In this document: positions 1-10,126 of the stretch, in pieces
Layout: the number at the start of each line of letters is the position of its first letter
How positions within the stretch are numbered: position 1 is the first letter of the stretch
Source of the DNA: Candidatus Latescibacterota bacterium
GTDB taxonomy: Bacteria > Latescibacterota > UBA2968 > SICM01
Length of the DNA stretch: 64,000 bases
Direction of reading: 5' to 3'
Assembly (NCBI GenBank): GCA_965217865.1
Contig: CBDCJO010000002.1
Location: 3,456,001 to 3,520,000 of the forward strand
Position numbers and translations under genes: made by a program
The notes under the pieces: generated by a model
The model's input: only the letters and a program-made list of their open reading frames with translations
What the model was told of the DNA's origin: nothing
The model's database searches: none

Positions 1-1215
1 CCGATTTTTTACAAGAGTCCGATCATCACAAGGGTCAAAAAGGCGCGGGAGATTTCGGATCCGCTCAAACGGGATCTTTTGCCTTCGACCCTCGATTTCG
101 GGCCGGTCCGGTTTGTCCTCGCAAGACACTTCGGGTTCTGTTTCGGTGTGGAGAATGCGATCGAGATCGCTTATAAGACGCTGGAAGCGCATCCGGAGCG
201 GCGAATTTTCTTCCTGAGCGAGATGATTCACAACCCGGTCGTGAACCGGGACCTTCAGGACCGGGGTGTCCGGTTCATCTTTGCGCCGTCCGGGGAACAA
301 CTTGTACCCTGGGAGAAATTGGTGGCCGAGGATATCGTGGTTGTGCCTGCCTTCGGGACCACCCTGGAGATCCAGGAGGAACTGGAAAATCGGGGGATCG
401 ATCCTTATACCTACAACACGACCTGTCCATTCGTCGAGAAGGTGTGGAAGCGGAGCATACAGCTGGGAGAGGCCGGCTATACCGTCGTGGTACACGGGAG
501 GGCGAAGCACGAGGAGACCCGGGCAACCTTTTCGCACAGCAGCCGGAGTTCACCTACGGTTGTGGTACTGGACCAGAAGGAGGCACGTATTCTAGGGGAT
601 GTCATTACGGGAACTCTGGGGGGGGGGGCTTTCCTCGAAAGCTTCGGGCAAAAGTGTTCCCCCGGTTTCGATCCGGATCGACACCTCAAGCGGATCGGTG
701 TGGTCAACCAGACGACGATGCTGGCGTCCGAGACTCGAGAGATCTCGCAGGTTCTGAGGCGTGCGCTGGCCGATCGTTATGGTGAGGATCGAATCGGAGA
801 ACACTATGCAGATACGTCCGATACGTTGTGTTATGCGACCAACGAGAATCAGAATGCGACGAACGAGCTGGTCCGGCAGGGGGCGGACCTCGCCCTGATT
901 GTGGGGGGCTATAATTCTTCGAACACGACGCACATCGTGGAACTTTGCGAGGAGAGGATGCCGGCCTATTTCATCAAGGACGCGGGTGAAATCCTCTCCG
1001 CTTCCAGAATCCATCATTTCGTGCCGAAGAAAAGGAAGGTGGAGACCAGCGGGCCCTGGCTCCCCGAAAAACGTCCTGTCGATGTTGCGCTCTCAAGCGG
1101 CGCATCGTGTCCGGACGCCGTTATGGATGAAGTGCTGATTCGGGTCCTCTCTTTCTTCGAAAAAACCCAACCCCTCGACCGTGTTTTGCAACACTACCCG
1201 CAGATCGCGGCGTAG
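1..1215 (+). CDS. ispH: 4-hydroxy-3-methylbut-2-enyl diphosphate reductase (5' end probably lies before the window)
   Basis: Motifs FGFCFGV, EMIHNP, TTCPFV, NQTTM, DTLCYAT, GGYNSSNT, SGASCPD are typical of IspH/LytB. Confidence 0.93.
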   Translation, partial: PIFYKSPIITRVKKAREISDPLKRDLLPSTLDFGPVRFVLARHFGFCFGVENAIEIAYKTLEAHPERRIFFLSEMIHNPVVNRDLQDRGVRFIFAPSGEQLVPWEKLVAEDIVVVPAFGTTLEIQEELENRGIDPYTYNTTCPFVEKVWKRSIQLGEAGYTVVVHGRAKHEETRATFSHSSRSSPTVVVLDQKEARILGDVITGTLGGGAFLESFGQKCSPGFDPDRHLKRIGVVNQTTMLASETREISQVLRRALADRYGEDRIGEHYADTSDTLCYATNENQNATNELVRQGADLALIVGGYNSSNTTHIVELCEERMPAYFIKDAGEILSASRIHHFVPKKRKVETSGPWLPEKRPVDVALSSGASCPDAVMDEVLIRVLSFFEKTQPLDRVLQHYPQIAA

Positions 1216-1368
1216 ATGGTGCCGATTGCGGATTGAACCCAAAATCCCCGATTATCCCTTTTCCTCTGAAACCGCACGTGGTGAAAATCTTCTTGGTTAC
1301 CATCCCGCCTCCCGACCCCGGATGGGTCTCCCCCTAGTCTGTTGAACAACATTCGATATTTTCGTATA

Positions 1369-2241
1369 TTAAGGGCTTCCGTCAGCCGTATCCGCCATCC
1401 CCGTGAGGGTTGAGCTTATCCGCCAAAGGCGTGTGGCGGCCTCTTCATCATAGGATTCGCCCGATGACGAAACGGCTCCGCGGTTCACGAAATACTCCCC
1501 GCTAACGCCTTCCACCTGGGGTGAAGATGCCAGGAAAAGGGATGTCCTTGCGCCCCTTTCCGGACTGGATCCCAGAAGCCGTGATGCAAATTGAAGCCCC
1601 CTGGGAAGGAAGTCTCCCAGGAGCCTGGTCCCGATCAGGCCGGGGTGGAGGCAGTTGGCCGTTACCTGCGTTCCCCGAAGCCTCCTGGACAGTTCGTAAG
1701 TGAAAAGCAGGTTTGCGAGTTTGGTCCGGGAGTAAACCTGGACAGGGCGGTAGTCGCGCTCCGAACCCAGGTCATCGAAGTCGATGACCGCGCGGCGGTG
1801 GGCCCTGGAAGAGACATTGATTATCCGGGCGGGGGCGCTCGCGATCAACAGGTCGAGCAGCAGGTTCGTAAGGAGGAAATAGGCCAGGTGATTGACCGCG
1901 AACTGAGTCTCGATCTTGTCCACGGTGACGGTCCGCTCTCTGGGAATAACCCCTGCGTTGTTGATCAGGACGTGCAGAGCCTGGAATTGGGATTCGATCT
2001 TCGAAGCCAAGTCTCGGATGGCGGTTTGCGATGAGAGATCCGAGACAACGAGTGAAACCTGAACGTTGCGGCCCTTCTCCCTGACCCAGGCCAGGGCGGC
2101 TTCCCCCCGATTCCGGTCGCGGCAAACCATAACCACGGTCGCCCCCATTTCCGCAAGCCCCAACGCCGTGGCCTTACCGATCCCCGCGTTGGCACCTGTG
2201 ACCAGACAGGTCTTGCCGGTCATGGGTTGGGTCGGTTTCAT
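1369..2241 (-). CDS. Short-chain dehydrogenase/reductase (retinol dehydrogenase-like)
   Basis: TGANAGIG Rossmann motif, NNAG, catalytic YSRTK, HPG; start placed at MKPTQP (uncertain). Confidence 0.88.
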   Translation of the reverse strand: MKPTQPMTGKTCLVTGANAGIGKATALGLAEMGATVVMVCRDRNRGEAALAWVREKGRNVQVSLVVSDLSSQTAIRDLASKIESQFQALHVLINNAGVIPRERTVTVDKIETQFAVNHLAYFLLTNLLLDLLIASAPARIINVSSRAHRRAVIDFDDLGSERDYRPVQVYSRTKLANLLFTYELSRRLRGTQVTANCLHPGLIGTRLLGDFLPRGLQFASRLLGSSPERGARTSLFLASSPQVEGVSGEYFVNRGAVSSSGESYDEEAATRLWRISSTLTGMADTADGSP

Positions 2242-2309
2242 AATTTTTACAAGCCTCCATCGGGTGAGGGAGTTAAAATACAACAGAAAAATCGTTCCAA
2301 CAACCGGAA

Positions 2310-5300
2310 TTGAAGTCATCCGTTTCACCCGAAAGCCTCAGGATCCAATCCCAAAGGAGGGATGAAATTTCCAATTATCCTGTCCAGGTCCCACGATTCC
2401 TCGCCCTGTGCATCCCCCTGGTCTTCTGGTCGATCGAAATTTCAGCCCAGGCCGCTGGTACGATCGGGACCTTTGCGGGAGGGGGTACCTCCGAAGCGGA
2501 TACCCTTGCGACGGCGTCCCGGCTTATTCTTCCCACAGGACTGGCGGTGGACGGGGAAGGCAATGTCTTTATTGCCGACCCGGGTGCGCACCTTGTGAGA
2601 CGGGTGGATGCGGAGAGCGGGATCATTACGACCGTCGCGGGCACCGGGGAACCGGGGTTTGACGGAGATGAGGGTCCTGCCGTTCAAGCACGGCTGAACC
2701 GTCCGATCGGGGTTGCGGTGGATGGGGATGGCAATCTGTTTATCGCCGATAGGGGGAACCGGAGGGTCCGGCGGGTCGACCGAACGAGCGGGATCGTTAC
2801 GACTTTCGCTGGGACCGGGGAACCGGGGTTTGACGGAGATGAGGGACCGGCTGCGGAGACCCAACTCTACGAGGTTGTGGGGCTCGCCGTCGATAGCGGA
2901 AACAATCTCCTGATCGTGGACGGGGGAACGGTCGTAGAGGACCCGTTCTTCGGGAGCCGCATCGTGGGGAATCACCGGATCCGCAGGGTGGATGCGAACA
3001 CGGGGATCATCTCCACGATCGCCGGGACCGGGGTCGCGGATTTCAGCGGGGACAACGGTCCCGCGATCTCGGCAGCCCTCTCGTTTCCCTCCCGTGTCGC
3101 GGTTGATGCATCAGGCAGGATTTTGATCTCCGATTCGGGAAATCACCGGGTGCGCGTGATTGACCCGGAAAACGGAATCATCTCGACCTTCGCGGGTGTG
3201 GGTGGAGATCCGTTTACCGGAGCGGGCGGCTTTTCCGGGGACGGGGGGTTGGCGACTCTTGCGGGTCTGGACAGTCCGGTCGGTCTCGCCTTTGACGATG
3301 AAGGCAACGTCTTTATCTCCGATCAGGGAAACAACAGGGTTCGATGGGTGGACACGAACGGTGTGATCTTCAGCGTGGCTGGGACTGGAAGGGGGGAATT
3401 CGGTGGGGATGGGGGTTTCAGCTTTCAAGCTGGACTCGATCTTCCTTCGGACGTCGACCTGCTTCCGAGGGGTGATCTGCTCGTGGCCGACTCGGGGAAC
3501 GGACGAATCCGGAGACTCTTCGGGCCCAGGACGCTCATTCCGCTCGGCGACGCTGTCCAGGAGGTCGATTTCGGAGGTGCCACCCTAGAGACCACGAGGG
3601 AGAGAACGGTCTCCGTGCGGAATGTGGGGAACGCCCCCCTCGGGATAAGGGAAATCCGAACCGATAACCCTTTGTTCGTGGTCCTCGACACAAGCCTGAC
3701 CCTCGCGGTCGGGGACAGCCTCGTGGTCTCCCTTAGTTTTACTCCGGAGACCCCCGTGAGAGTTGAGGGGATCCTCACGATCTTAACGAATGATCCGGTG
3801 GGCCGGCTCACGGTGACCCTTACCGGCCTTGGAACCATCCCCGATATCCTGCTTCTCGATCAGAGCATCAATTTCCTTCCTCTTGTGATCGGGTTGTCCG
3901 ACACGCTCGAGGTGACCCTGTTTAACCGTGGGATCGGTGATCTTTTTGTCCGGTCCGTGACCAGCTCAGATGCACAATTTATCTCCCCGGACACCCTGTT
4001 TTCGCTCAGCTCCGGCCAGAACATGCAACTGCGCGTCATCTTTTCACCCGCGTTGGTCGGAGAGCAGACGGGCACGCTCACGATCCAGAGCAACGACCCT
4101 GATGCGGGGGCAGTAACCCTCGATCTTCGCGGGGTCGGCAGGCCGGCAAAGCCCGGTGGGTTTACTGCGATCGGGGACAGTCTGGGCCTTGGAGGGACCG
4201 GGCGGGAGTTCGGGGTGGCCTGGGGGGACTATAACGGAGATGGGAGTCCGGACCTCTACATCGCGAGAAGCCTCCTTCCGGGTTCTCTCCATCGGAACAA
4301 TGGGGACATGACATTCACCGATATGGCTGTCGGGCTGAACGTCACCAACGATCGGGACGGCAGCGCGCCGTTGTGGGGGGATTACGACAATGACGGGGAT
4401 CTGGATCTTTTCGTGACAAATTTCAACGAGCCGAATCGGCTGTACCGGAATGACGGAACGGGATTCGTCGACGTCGCCGGGGCGGCCGGACTCGACGCTG
4501 CCACGGCGGGGATGGGCGGGGCCTGGGCGGACTACGACATCGACGGGGATCTCGATCTCTTCGTGGCCAACTTCGGTCCCGATCACCTCTATCGGAACGA
4601 CGGCGGGCTATTCGTGGATGTATCGCCCGGGCTTGGTCTCGTGGATTCCCTCGGAAGCAGCGTTCAGCCGGCCTGGGCGGATTACGACCAGGATGGCGAC
4701 CCGGACCTGTATGTGGCGGCCAGCGGGAGAGATCGGTTTTTCGAGAACGATAACGGTCTGTTTGAGGAGATCGGGGACTCTCTGATGGTGATCGATCACG
4801 CGCCCAGCTTCGGGGCAGCCTGGGGGGACTACGACAACGACGCGGACCTGGACTTGTTCGTCACAGGGTTCAACACCGTATCGCATCTGTATCGAAACGA
4901 TGGGGGGTCGTTCGAAGACGTGGAGGGGAGCCTTTTTTTTGAAGACGACGGTACCTGGAAGTCGCGGGGAGCCGTCTGGATAGATTATGACAACGACGGA
5001 GACCTGGATATCTATATCGTGCGGAGCAACCAGACGAACCTTCTCTACCGGAATGATGGGGGGGCCTTCACCGAGGTGGGCGAGGAGCTCGGGGTCGATT
5101 TGCTCGGGGATGGGCGGGGCGCCGCGATTTCCGACTTCGACGGCGATGGTGCACCCGACCTGTACGTGGCCAACCAGGACGGTCCGGGCCGCCTCTACTG
5201 GAATCGCGAAGCCCTTGGGGGCTGGCTTGCAGCCCAACTGGTCGGTAGTTTGAGCTCGACGGATGCGATCGGTACGCGTGTTCTGGCGGTATTCGATGGG

Positions 5301-7064
5301 CGGCCTCTCCTTCAGGAGGTCAGCGGAGGATCCTCACACCTCTCCCAGAGCGGGGCGGTCCTCCTGTTTGGAGCGGGACGGGCGGAGTTCGCGGATACGC
5401 TGACCGTCCGTTGGCCCAGCGGGATCGTCCAGGTGCTGAATGCCCTTCCGGAAGGCCGGCTCACCCGGATCGAGGAGACGCCACCCAGTCCCGCATCCCG
5501 GATCGAGTTGACGACTTCCGCGACGGAGTTGATCGCAAACGGCGCCTCGACGGCAAGGCTCATTGCCTCGGTCTTGGACGCGAGGGGAGAACGATCCTTG
5601 AGCAGCCGGGCAACGATCACCTTTGGAATCGATTCGGGGCAGGGGAGGCTCGAAGGACCGTTGACGGTCGAAGCCCGCGATGGGGTGGCATCGATCCTGT
5701 TCCGTTCGCCCGATCTGGTACCGGGACGGACCTCAATCTCAGCGCGTTCGCCCGGGTTAACGAGCGGGCGGGTCGAGATCGATCTTTTCCCCACACCTGC
5801 CGGAGGCGCGATCGCTGTGGCGGCGGGAAGCGGTCTGACCGGGCTGAGCGGAGACGGGGGCCCAGCTATAGAGGCGGGGCTCAGCCTTCCGGAAGGGGTT
5901 GCGGTCGCCGACACGCTGGGCACGATCTACATCGCCGACACGAACAACAGCGCCGTGAGGCGTGTGGACGGGGGGTCCGGGGTGATTTCGACCCTGGCCG
6001 GAAACGGGGTACGTGGAAGCACAGGGGACGGGGGGCCTGCTTCGGAAGCGCGCCTGAACACCCCATCGGATGTCCTGGTCACATCGGACAACCGGCTCCT
6101 GATCGTGGATACGGGAAACCACAGAATCAGGCAGATCCACCTGGACACCGGGATCATATCGACCCTTGTCGGGGTCGGGTTCCTCGGGAGTGAGGGGGAC
6201 GGGGGCCCCGGCGCAGAGGCAAACCTGTTCTTTCCGACATCGGCCGCGCTCGACTCCCTCGGCAATCTCTATATCGTGGACACAAACAACCATCGCATCC
6301 GCCGGGTGGATCGAGCGACGGACATCATCAGCACGGTCGCCGGAGACGGATCGGCCGGGTACTCCGGGGATGACGGTCCGGCTTTCCGGGCAAGCCTCAA
6401 CCAACCCCAGGGGATCGCTTTCGACCCCGAAGGCCGCCTCTACATCGCGGACACGGAAAACCATCGCATCCGCCGGGTGGACCTGGTCACAGGAACAATC
6501 ACCACTGTTGTCGGAGACGGCCAAAACATATTTGCAGGTGATGGGGGACCAGCCCGGGAGGCCAGTCTCAACGGGCCCAGGCGCCTGGCCATAGGCCCAG
6601 GGGATGACATCTACATCGCGGACACCGGAAACCATCGCCTGCGAAGGGTGGATGCCGGAACGGGTCTGATCACGACCGTGGCGGGGACGGGGGTCGTGGG
6701 GTTCAACGGGAGGGAAGGTGAGGATGCGAGGGAGATCCAATTGAACGAACCGGTGGGGATCTCCCTGGAAGGGACAGAGGGTTTGTTCCTGACGGACCGG
6801 GGAAACCATCTGGTTCGACGACTCACGATCAAAAAGCAGGATGTTCCGATTGATTCCGTGACCTCCGATTTCGACAGTGACGGGGAGGTGGGGCTCGAGG
6901 ATTTCTTTCTTTTCGTGGAGAAATTCGGAACAATGGAAGGAGAGCCAACGTTCGACGCCAGTTTCGACCTGGTGAAGGATGGAACCGTCGACTTCAACGA
7001 TTTTTTCGTTTTCGCGGGACAGTTCGGGAGACGGACTACCAAACCCGTTTTCTTTTCCCGTTGA
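2310..7064 (+). CDS. Large secreted multidomain protein: NHL repeats, Ig-like (choice-of-anchor D-like) domains, FG-GAP/CRTAC1-ASPIC/UnbV region, second NHL block, C-terminal EF-hand/dockerin-like tail
   Basis: Repeated IAD(T/S)GNHRIRRVD..TGIITTVAG.G..GFSGDGGPA; WGDYDNDGDLDL repeats; VRWPSG; DFDSDGEVGLEDFFLF tail; true start uncertain. Confidence 0.85.
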   Translation: MKSSVSPESLRIQSQRRDEISNYPVQVPRFLALCIPLVFWSIEISAQAAGTIGTFAGGGTSEADTLATASRLILPTGLAVDGEGNVFIADPGAHLVRRVDAESGIITTVAGTGEPGFDGDEGPAVQARLNRPIGVAVDGDGNLFIADRGNRRVRRVDRTSGIVTTFAGTGEPGFDGDEGPAAETQLYEVVGLAVDSGNNLLIVDGGTVVEDPFFGSRIVGNHRIRRVDANTGIISTIAGTGVADFSGDNGPAISAALSFPSRVAVDASGRILISDSGNHRVRVIDPENGIISTFAGVGGDPFTGAGGFSGDGGLATLAGLDSPVGLAFDDEGNVFISDQGNNRVRWVDTNGVIFSVAGTGRGEFGGDGGFSFQAGLDLPSDVDLLPRGDLLVADSGNGRIRRLFGPRTLIPLGDAVQEVDFGGATLETTRERTVSVRNVGNAPLGIREIRTDNPLFVVLDTSLTLAVGDSLVVSLSFTPETPVRVEGILTILTNDPVGRLTVTLTGLGTIPDILLLDQSINFLPLVIGLSDTLEVTLFNRGIGDLFVRSVTSSDAQFISPDTLFSLSSGQNMQLRVIFSPALVGEQTGTLTIQSNDPDAGAVTLDLRGVGRPAKPGGFTAIGDSLGLGGTGREFGVAWGDYNGDGSPDLYIARSLLPGSLHRNNGDMTFTDMAVGLNVTNDRDGSAPLWGDYDNDGDLDLFVTNFNEPNRLYRNDGTGFVDVAGAAGLDAATAGMGGAWADYDIDGDLDLFVANFGPDHLYRNDGGLFVDVSPGLGLVDSLGSSVQPAWADYDQDGDPDLYVAASGRDRFFENDNGLFEEIGDSLMVIDHAPSFGAAWGDYDNDADLDLFVTGFNTVSHLYRNDGGSFEDVEGSLFFEDDGTWKSRGAVWIDYDNDGDLDIYIVRSNQTNLLYRNDGGAFTEVGEELGVDLLGDGRGAAISDFDGDGAPDLYVANQDGPGRLYWNREALGGWLAAQLVGSLSSTDAIGTRVLAVFDGRPLLQEVSGGSSHLSQSGAVLLFGAGRAEFADTLTVRWPSGIVQVLNALPEGRLTRIEETPPSPASRIELTTSATELIANGASTARLIASVLDARGERSLSSRATITFGIDSGQGRLEGPLTVEARDGVASILFRSPDLVPGRTSISARSPGLTSGRVEIDLFPTPAGGAIAVAAGSGLTGLSGDGGPAIEAGLSLPEGVAVADTLGTIYIADTNNSAVRRVDGGSGVISTLAGNGVRGSTGDGGPASEARLNTPSDVLVTSDNRLLIVDTGNHRIRQIHLDTGIISTLVGVGFLGSEGDGGPGAEANLFFPTSAALDSLGNLYIVDTNNHRIRRVDRATDIISTVAGDGSAGYSGDDGPAFRASLNQPQGIAFDPEGRLYIADTENHRIRRVDLVTGTITTVVGDGQNIFAGDGGPAREASLNGPRRLAIGPGDDIYIADTGNHRLRRVDAGTGLITTVAGTGVVGFNGREGEDAREIQLNEPVGISLEGTEGLFLTDRGNHLVRRLTIKKQDVPIDSVTSDFDSDGEVGLEDFFLFVEKFGTMEGEPTFDASFDLVKDGTVDFNDFFVFAGQFGRRTTKPVFFSR

Positions 7065-7169
7065 CAGGGAAATTTACTGATTTCGCAGAGATTCGCATTT
7101 TTCGAGAATTCGGATCTTCAAGGTTTTTTGATTGAAAGCGAGGTAGTGTGAGGCGACATATCAACGGGG

Positions 7170-7825
7170 CAACTGCCCGTGATTCCTTGGCCCAGTCCAA
7201 CGGGCTGGGTTTGAATGTGGGCGAATCGAGCGGGCCAAAGGTCATCGATCCGGATCAATCCCACACATATCGTAGATGAATCATGATGCGTGACAGGGAT
7301 TGGGGGATGTGAAATTATCGCGCCCCTTCAGGCCGCACGACGCTATTGTATTTACGACCCAGGGCGTTGCCCTGGGTTGAGGAACAACGCGCCGTTGGCG
7401 CTGAAAGAAGGCCTTGACTTTAGTCTCGGCTTCTCGATTAGCCTGAAAGCCTGGGTTTGATGCTATGAATCACCGGGCGAGGTGGTGTCTCGTCCCTACT
7501 GGAAATGGGTGGGCCGATAAAGGGTAGACCTAACCCTCAAGCCATCGGGCCAACGGCCAGTGATTCCTTTGCCCAGTCCAACGGGCTGGGTTTGAATGTG
7601 GGCGAATCGAGCGGCCCAAAGGTCCGCGATCCGGATCAATTCCACACATACCGTAGATGAATCATGATGCGTGACAGGGATTGGGGGATGTAAAAATTAT
7701 CGCGTCCCTTCAGGCCGCACGACGCTATTGTATTTTACGACCCAGGGCGTTGCCCTGGGTTGAGGAACAACGCGCCGTTGGCGCTGAAAGAAGGCCCTGA
7801 TTTTAGTCTCGGCTTCTCGATTAGC
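7170..7825. repeat. Tandem pair of ~275-bp REPIN-like units (about 7170-7442 and 7551-7825)
   Basis: Near-identical blocks offset by ~381 bp, each containing hairpins GCCCAGTCCAACGGGCTGGG and ACCCAGGGCGTTGCCCTGGGT. Confidence 0.8.
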
Positions 7826-7905
7826 TCGAAGGTCGCGAAGACACGATCCCCTATATTCCACGGAGAACCCATTTTCCGAAAATTCTAATTGAAGGGATAG
7901 GAGAT

Positions 7906-8211
7906 ATGCGCAGACACACCCGGTTTCTCGTCGTCCAGCTGCTTTTCGCACTGTTCCTGTCGTGCATCTTTCCCATCTCCCTCCTTTCACAGGAGGACGC
8001 CGGGGGGACCGGGTCCCCCGGCTGGATGGAGCATTTGATCCTGAAACTGAATGAACACGTCGGGCACATCGTCAGTTATATGGCGGACATCCTTTTTGCG
8101 GATTTCAGGACGGGTGTCCCTCTGATCGTTGTGGTCCTGGTGGCCGGCGGGGTTTACTTCTCCTTCTTCTTCGGATGGATGTCAATCCGGGGATTTCGGC
8201 ACGCCATCCAC
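7906..8211 (+). pseudogene. Alanine/glycine:cation symporter (AgcS/AlsT family), 5' part, interrupted by IS110
   Basis: Reads ...GFRHAIH and continues in frame as VIRGRYDDP at 10127 once the IS is removed. Confidence 0.88.
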
Positions 8212-8340
8212 TACATGCGGAAAGTCAAGAGCAAGGTTGACGATTTCGAGGTTGGATGAGATTTTTTATGCCGGTTTTCTCAGCGTCAAGGGGTGTAAAG
8301 TGGACATTCTTACTATGTTCGGAGCGCAGTTCGCCCTTAT

Positions 8341-8618
8341 GGTGCAGGACCGGTCTTTGAAGAGGGGCGAAGCTCCCGTGTGGGGGGTGGTGTCTTCCGA
8401 TACCAACTTACATCCGCGGCCGGCACTCTTGTTTGTGTGAGTAGGTGTGCCGGTCTTCGCGCATTTTCTAATCCGATCCAGGAAGACGGGGAGGCCTGCG
8501 GATCTGTTAGCCGAAGCGACTCCTATCGGAGCCCTCCTCTCAAGCCAGTTCTGCAGGCCGCCCCTGGCCGCCTTGGAAGGCGGCAGCTTGTGTAACCGGT
8601 CCGGCAGGAGACTGCACC
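8341..8618 (-). ncRNA. Candidate IS110 bridge/seek RNA in the 3' non-coding end
   Basis: Closing stem GGTGCAG..GGACCGGT with ACCGGTCCTGCACC encloses two hairpins with large internal loops; loop segments resemble the circle junction. Confidence 0.55.
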
Positions 8619-8669
8619 GGATGTGAATCGAGCAGCGATGTCAAAGAGCGAGTGTGACCGCGGCAGCGG

Positions 8670-10002
8670 TCAGGCGGCGGCGCGAGCGCGCCGTCGGGGA
8701 TGCTGCTTTTTCTTGTAGCGCTTCATGTAGCGCCTCTCGAGCGTTTTGAGGGATGCCGCGGGGTGGTCTCTCTCCTCGTAGAGACGATTTTCTCTGAGCA
8801 GGGCTACGATGAGCCGTAGGAGCTGGGACGAGGCGGCCACGATATTCTTGCGGTAGCACTTCTTCCTGAGCTCGCGTTCGAGGAAGCGGCGGCGGACCTG
8901 GGGCACGACCCGGGCGGTCTGTTCGGTCATCTGGGTAGATGATTCGCCGCAGCCGGGGATTGCCGATCTTGCTCATCCGCCTTTTGCCTTTGTACTTTCC
9001 GGAGTCGGCGATGCGCACGTTCGTGCCGGCGAGCTTCTCGATCTGTTTGAAGTGGGTGAAGCGGGTGGCCCCTCGCGTCTCCGCGGTAAATTGGGCAGCC
9101 AGGTTTTTGTTGATGTTGGGGATCGAGTCGACGATTTGGAAAGTCGGATCCTGCTGAGTGCGGGCGATCATCGCCTGCTCCACAGCTTTGAGTTGCGTCT
9201 CGGTCCGCCGGAGCGCCTCGATCCAGCCATTCAGGATGATGCGGAGGACATCTTCCTGGCCCTCGACCGGGATCCCGATGGAGGTCCGGGCCTCCTCCTT
9301 CAGCTTCTGCAGCGTCGCCACCCCGTAACTGCCTCTTGAGATCCGATGGATCTGGCGGCCCTCCTCTTCGATGTCAATTTCCTCGAAGTGGCGGGGCAAG
9401 AAATATCGCTCCAACAGGTAGCGGGAGGTCTTCGTACGAATGTTGACCGCGTGGAGGAACTCCGGGAAGACGCGTTCCATCAGAGACCGGGTGCGGAGCA
9501 GGGACTTTGTGAGGTCCTTCCGGAGCTTGTCGTAGGCGATTGAGAGCTGGTGCGCGGCCTCCATGTGAGGCTCGAACGTCCTGAAGAGATCATAGCTTCC
9601 CTTCTGTGCGCTGTCGGCCACCAGAAAGGCATCCCTGGGATCCGACTTGGAGAAATCGCGGTGCATCATCGGTCTTGCGTGATACGTCGTGAGGGGGCTC
9701 ACCAGCAGCACGCGATACCCCTTCCCCTGGAGGTAGTGGGCCAGGGTAACCCACAGATTGCAGGACGTCTCGATGGCCACCACCATCCGATCCGGCCCGC
9801 AATCTTTGATGCGTCGCTCCAGATGCTGCCAGAGGGTATGGTCATATCCCGCTCGCGTCACGGGGAATGAGAAGGCCCCGCCTTGCTGAAGTCCGGAGGG
9901 ATCGAGCACCGACCCGCTGTGTTTTTCCTTGCCCGGATCGATCCCGAGGACGAAATTCTGGGAGATGGCCTGTCGTTTAAGGTGGAAGATTTTCGACTTC
10001 AT
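8670..10002 (-). CDS. IS110 recombinase/transposase with a frameshift near 8935 (real or sequencing indel)
   Basis: LGIDPGK, IETS, KSDPRDA, LAG...SG...SKIGNPRLRR; C-terminus continues in ORF 8670..8930. Confidence 0.88.
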
Positions 10003-10126
10003 CGTATACCTCCAGCGTTGAGGGTTGAGTTTGCTTGCGCTTGCCGAATCTTAAGACACCTTGCCTTGCAAGGGAAGATTCAGCCCCTCAACGCTGTTTT
10101 TTCCTCCTTTACTCAATATAGAAATC

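Larger units (their letters stand above)
8212..10126 (-). mobile_element. IS110-family element (~1.9 kb), no target duplication
   Basis: Ends inferred from in-frame restoration of the symporter (gccatcca-C-gttatcc); contains a DEDD recombinase gene. Confidence 0.88.

Noticed and set aside
5312-6809. Long antisense/alternate-frame ORFs over the NHL gene (and similarly 29668-31242, 32642-33499, 44865-45818, 52381-53352)
   Set aside because: Shadows of high-GC coding sequence on the other strand; no recognisable motifs.
8212-8670. Possible TIGR-like or CRISPR-like array beside the IS110 gene
   Set aside because: No periodic repeats seen; the region is a single nested stem-loop structure.
8930-8940. 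Programmed frameshift in the IS110 recombinase
   Set aside because: Looks like one extra C in a short run with no slippery motif; mutation or sequencing indel is more likely.
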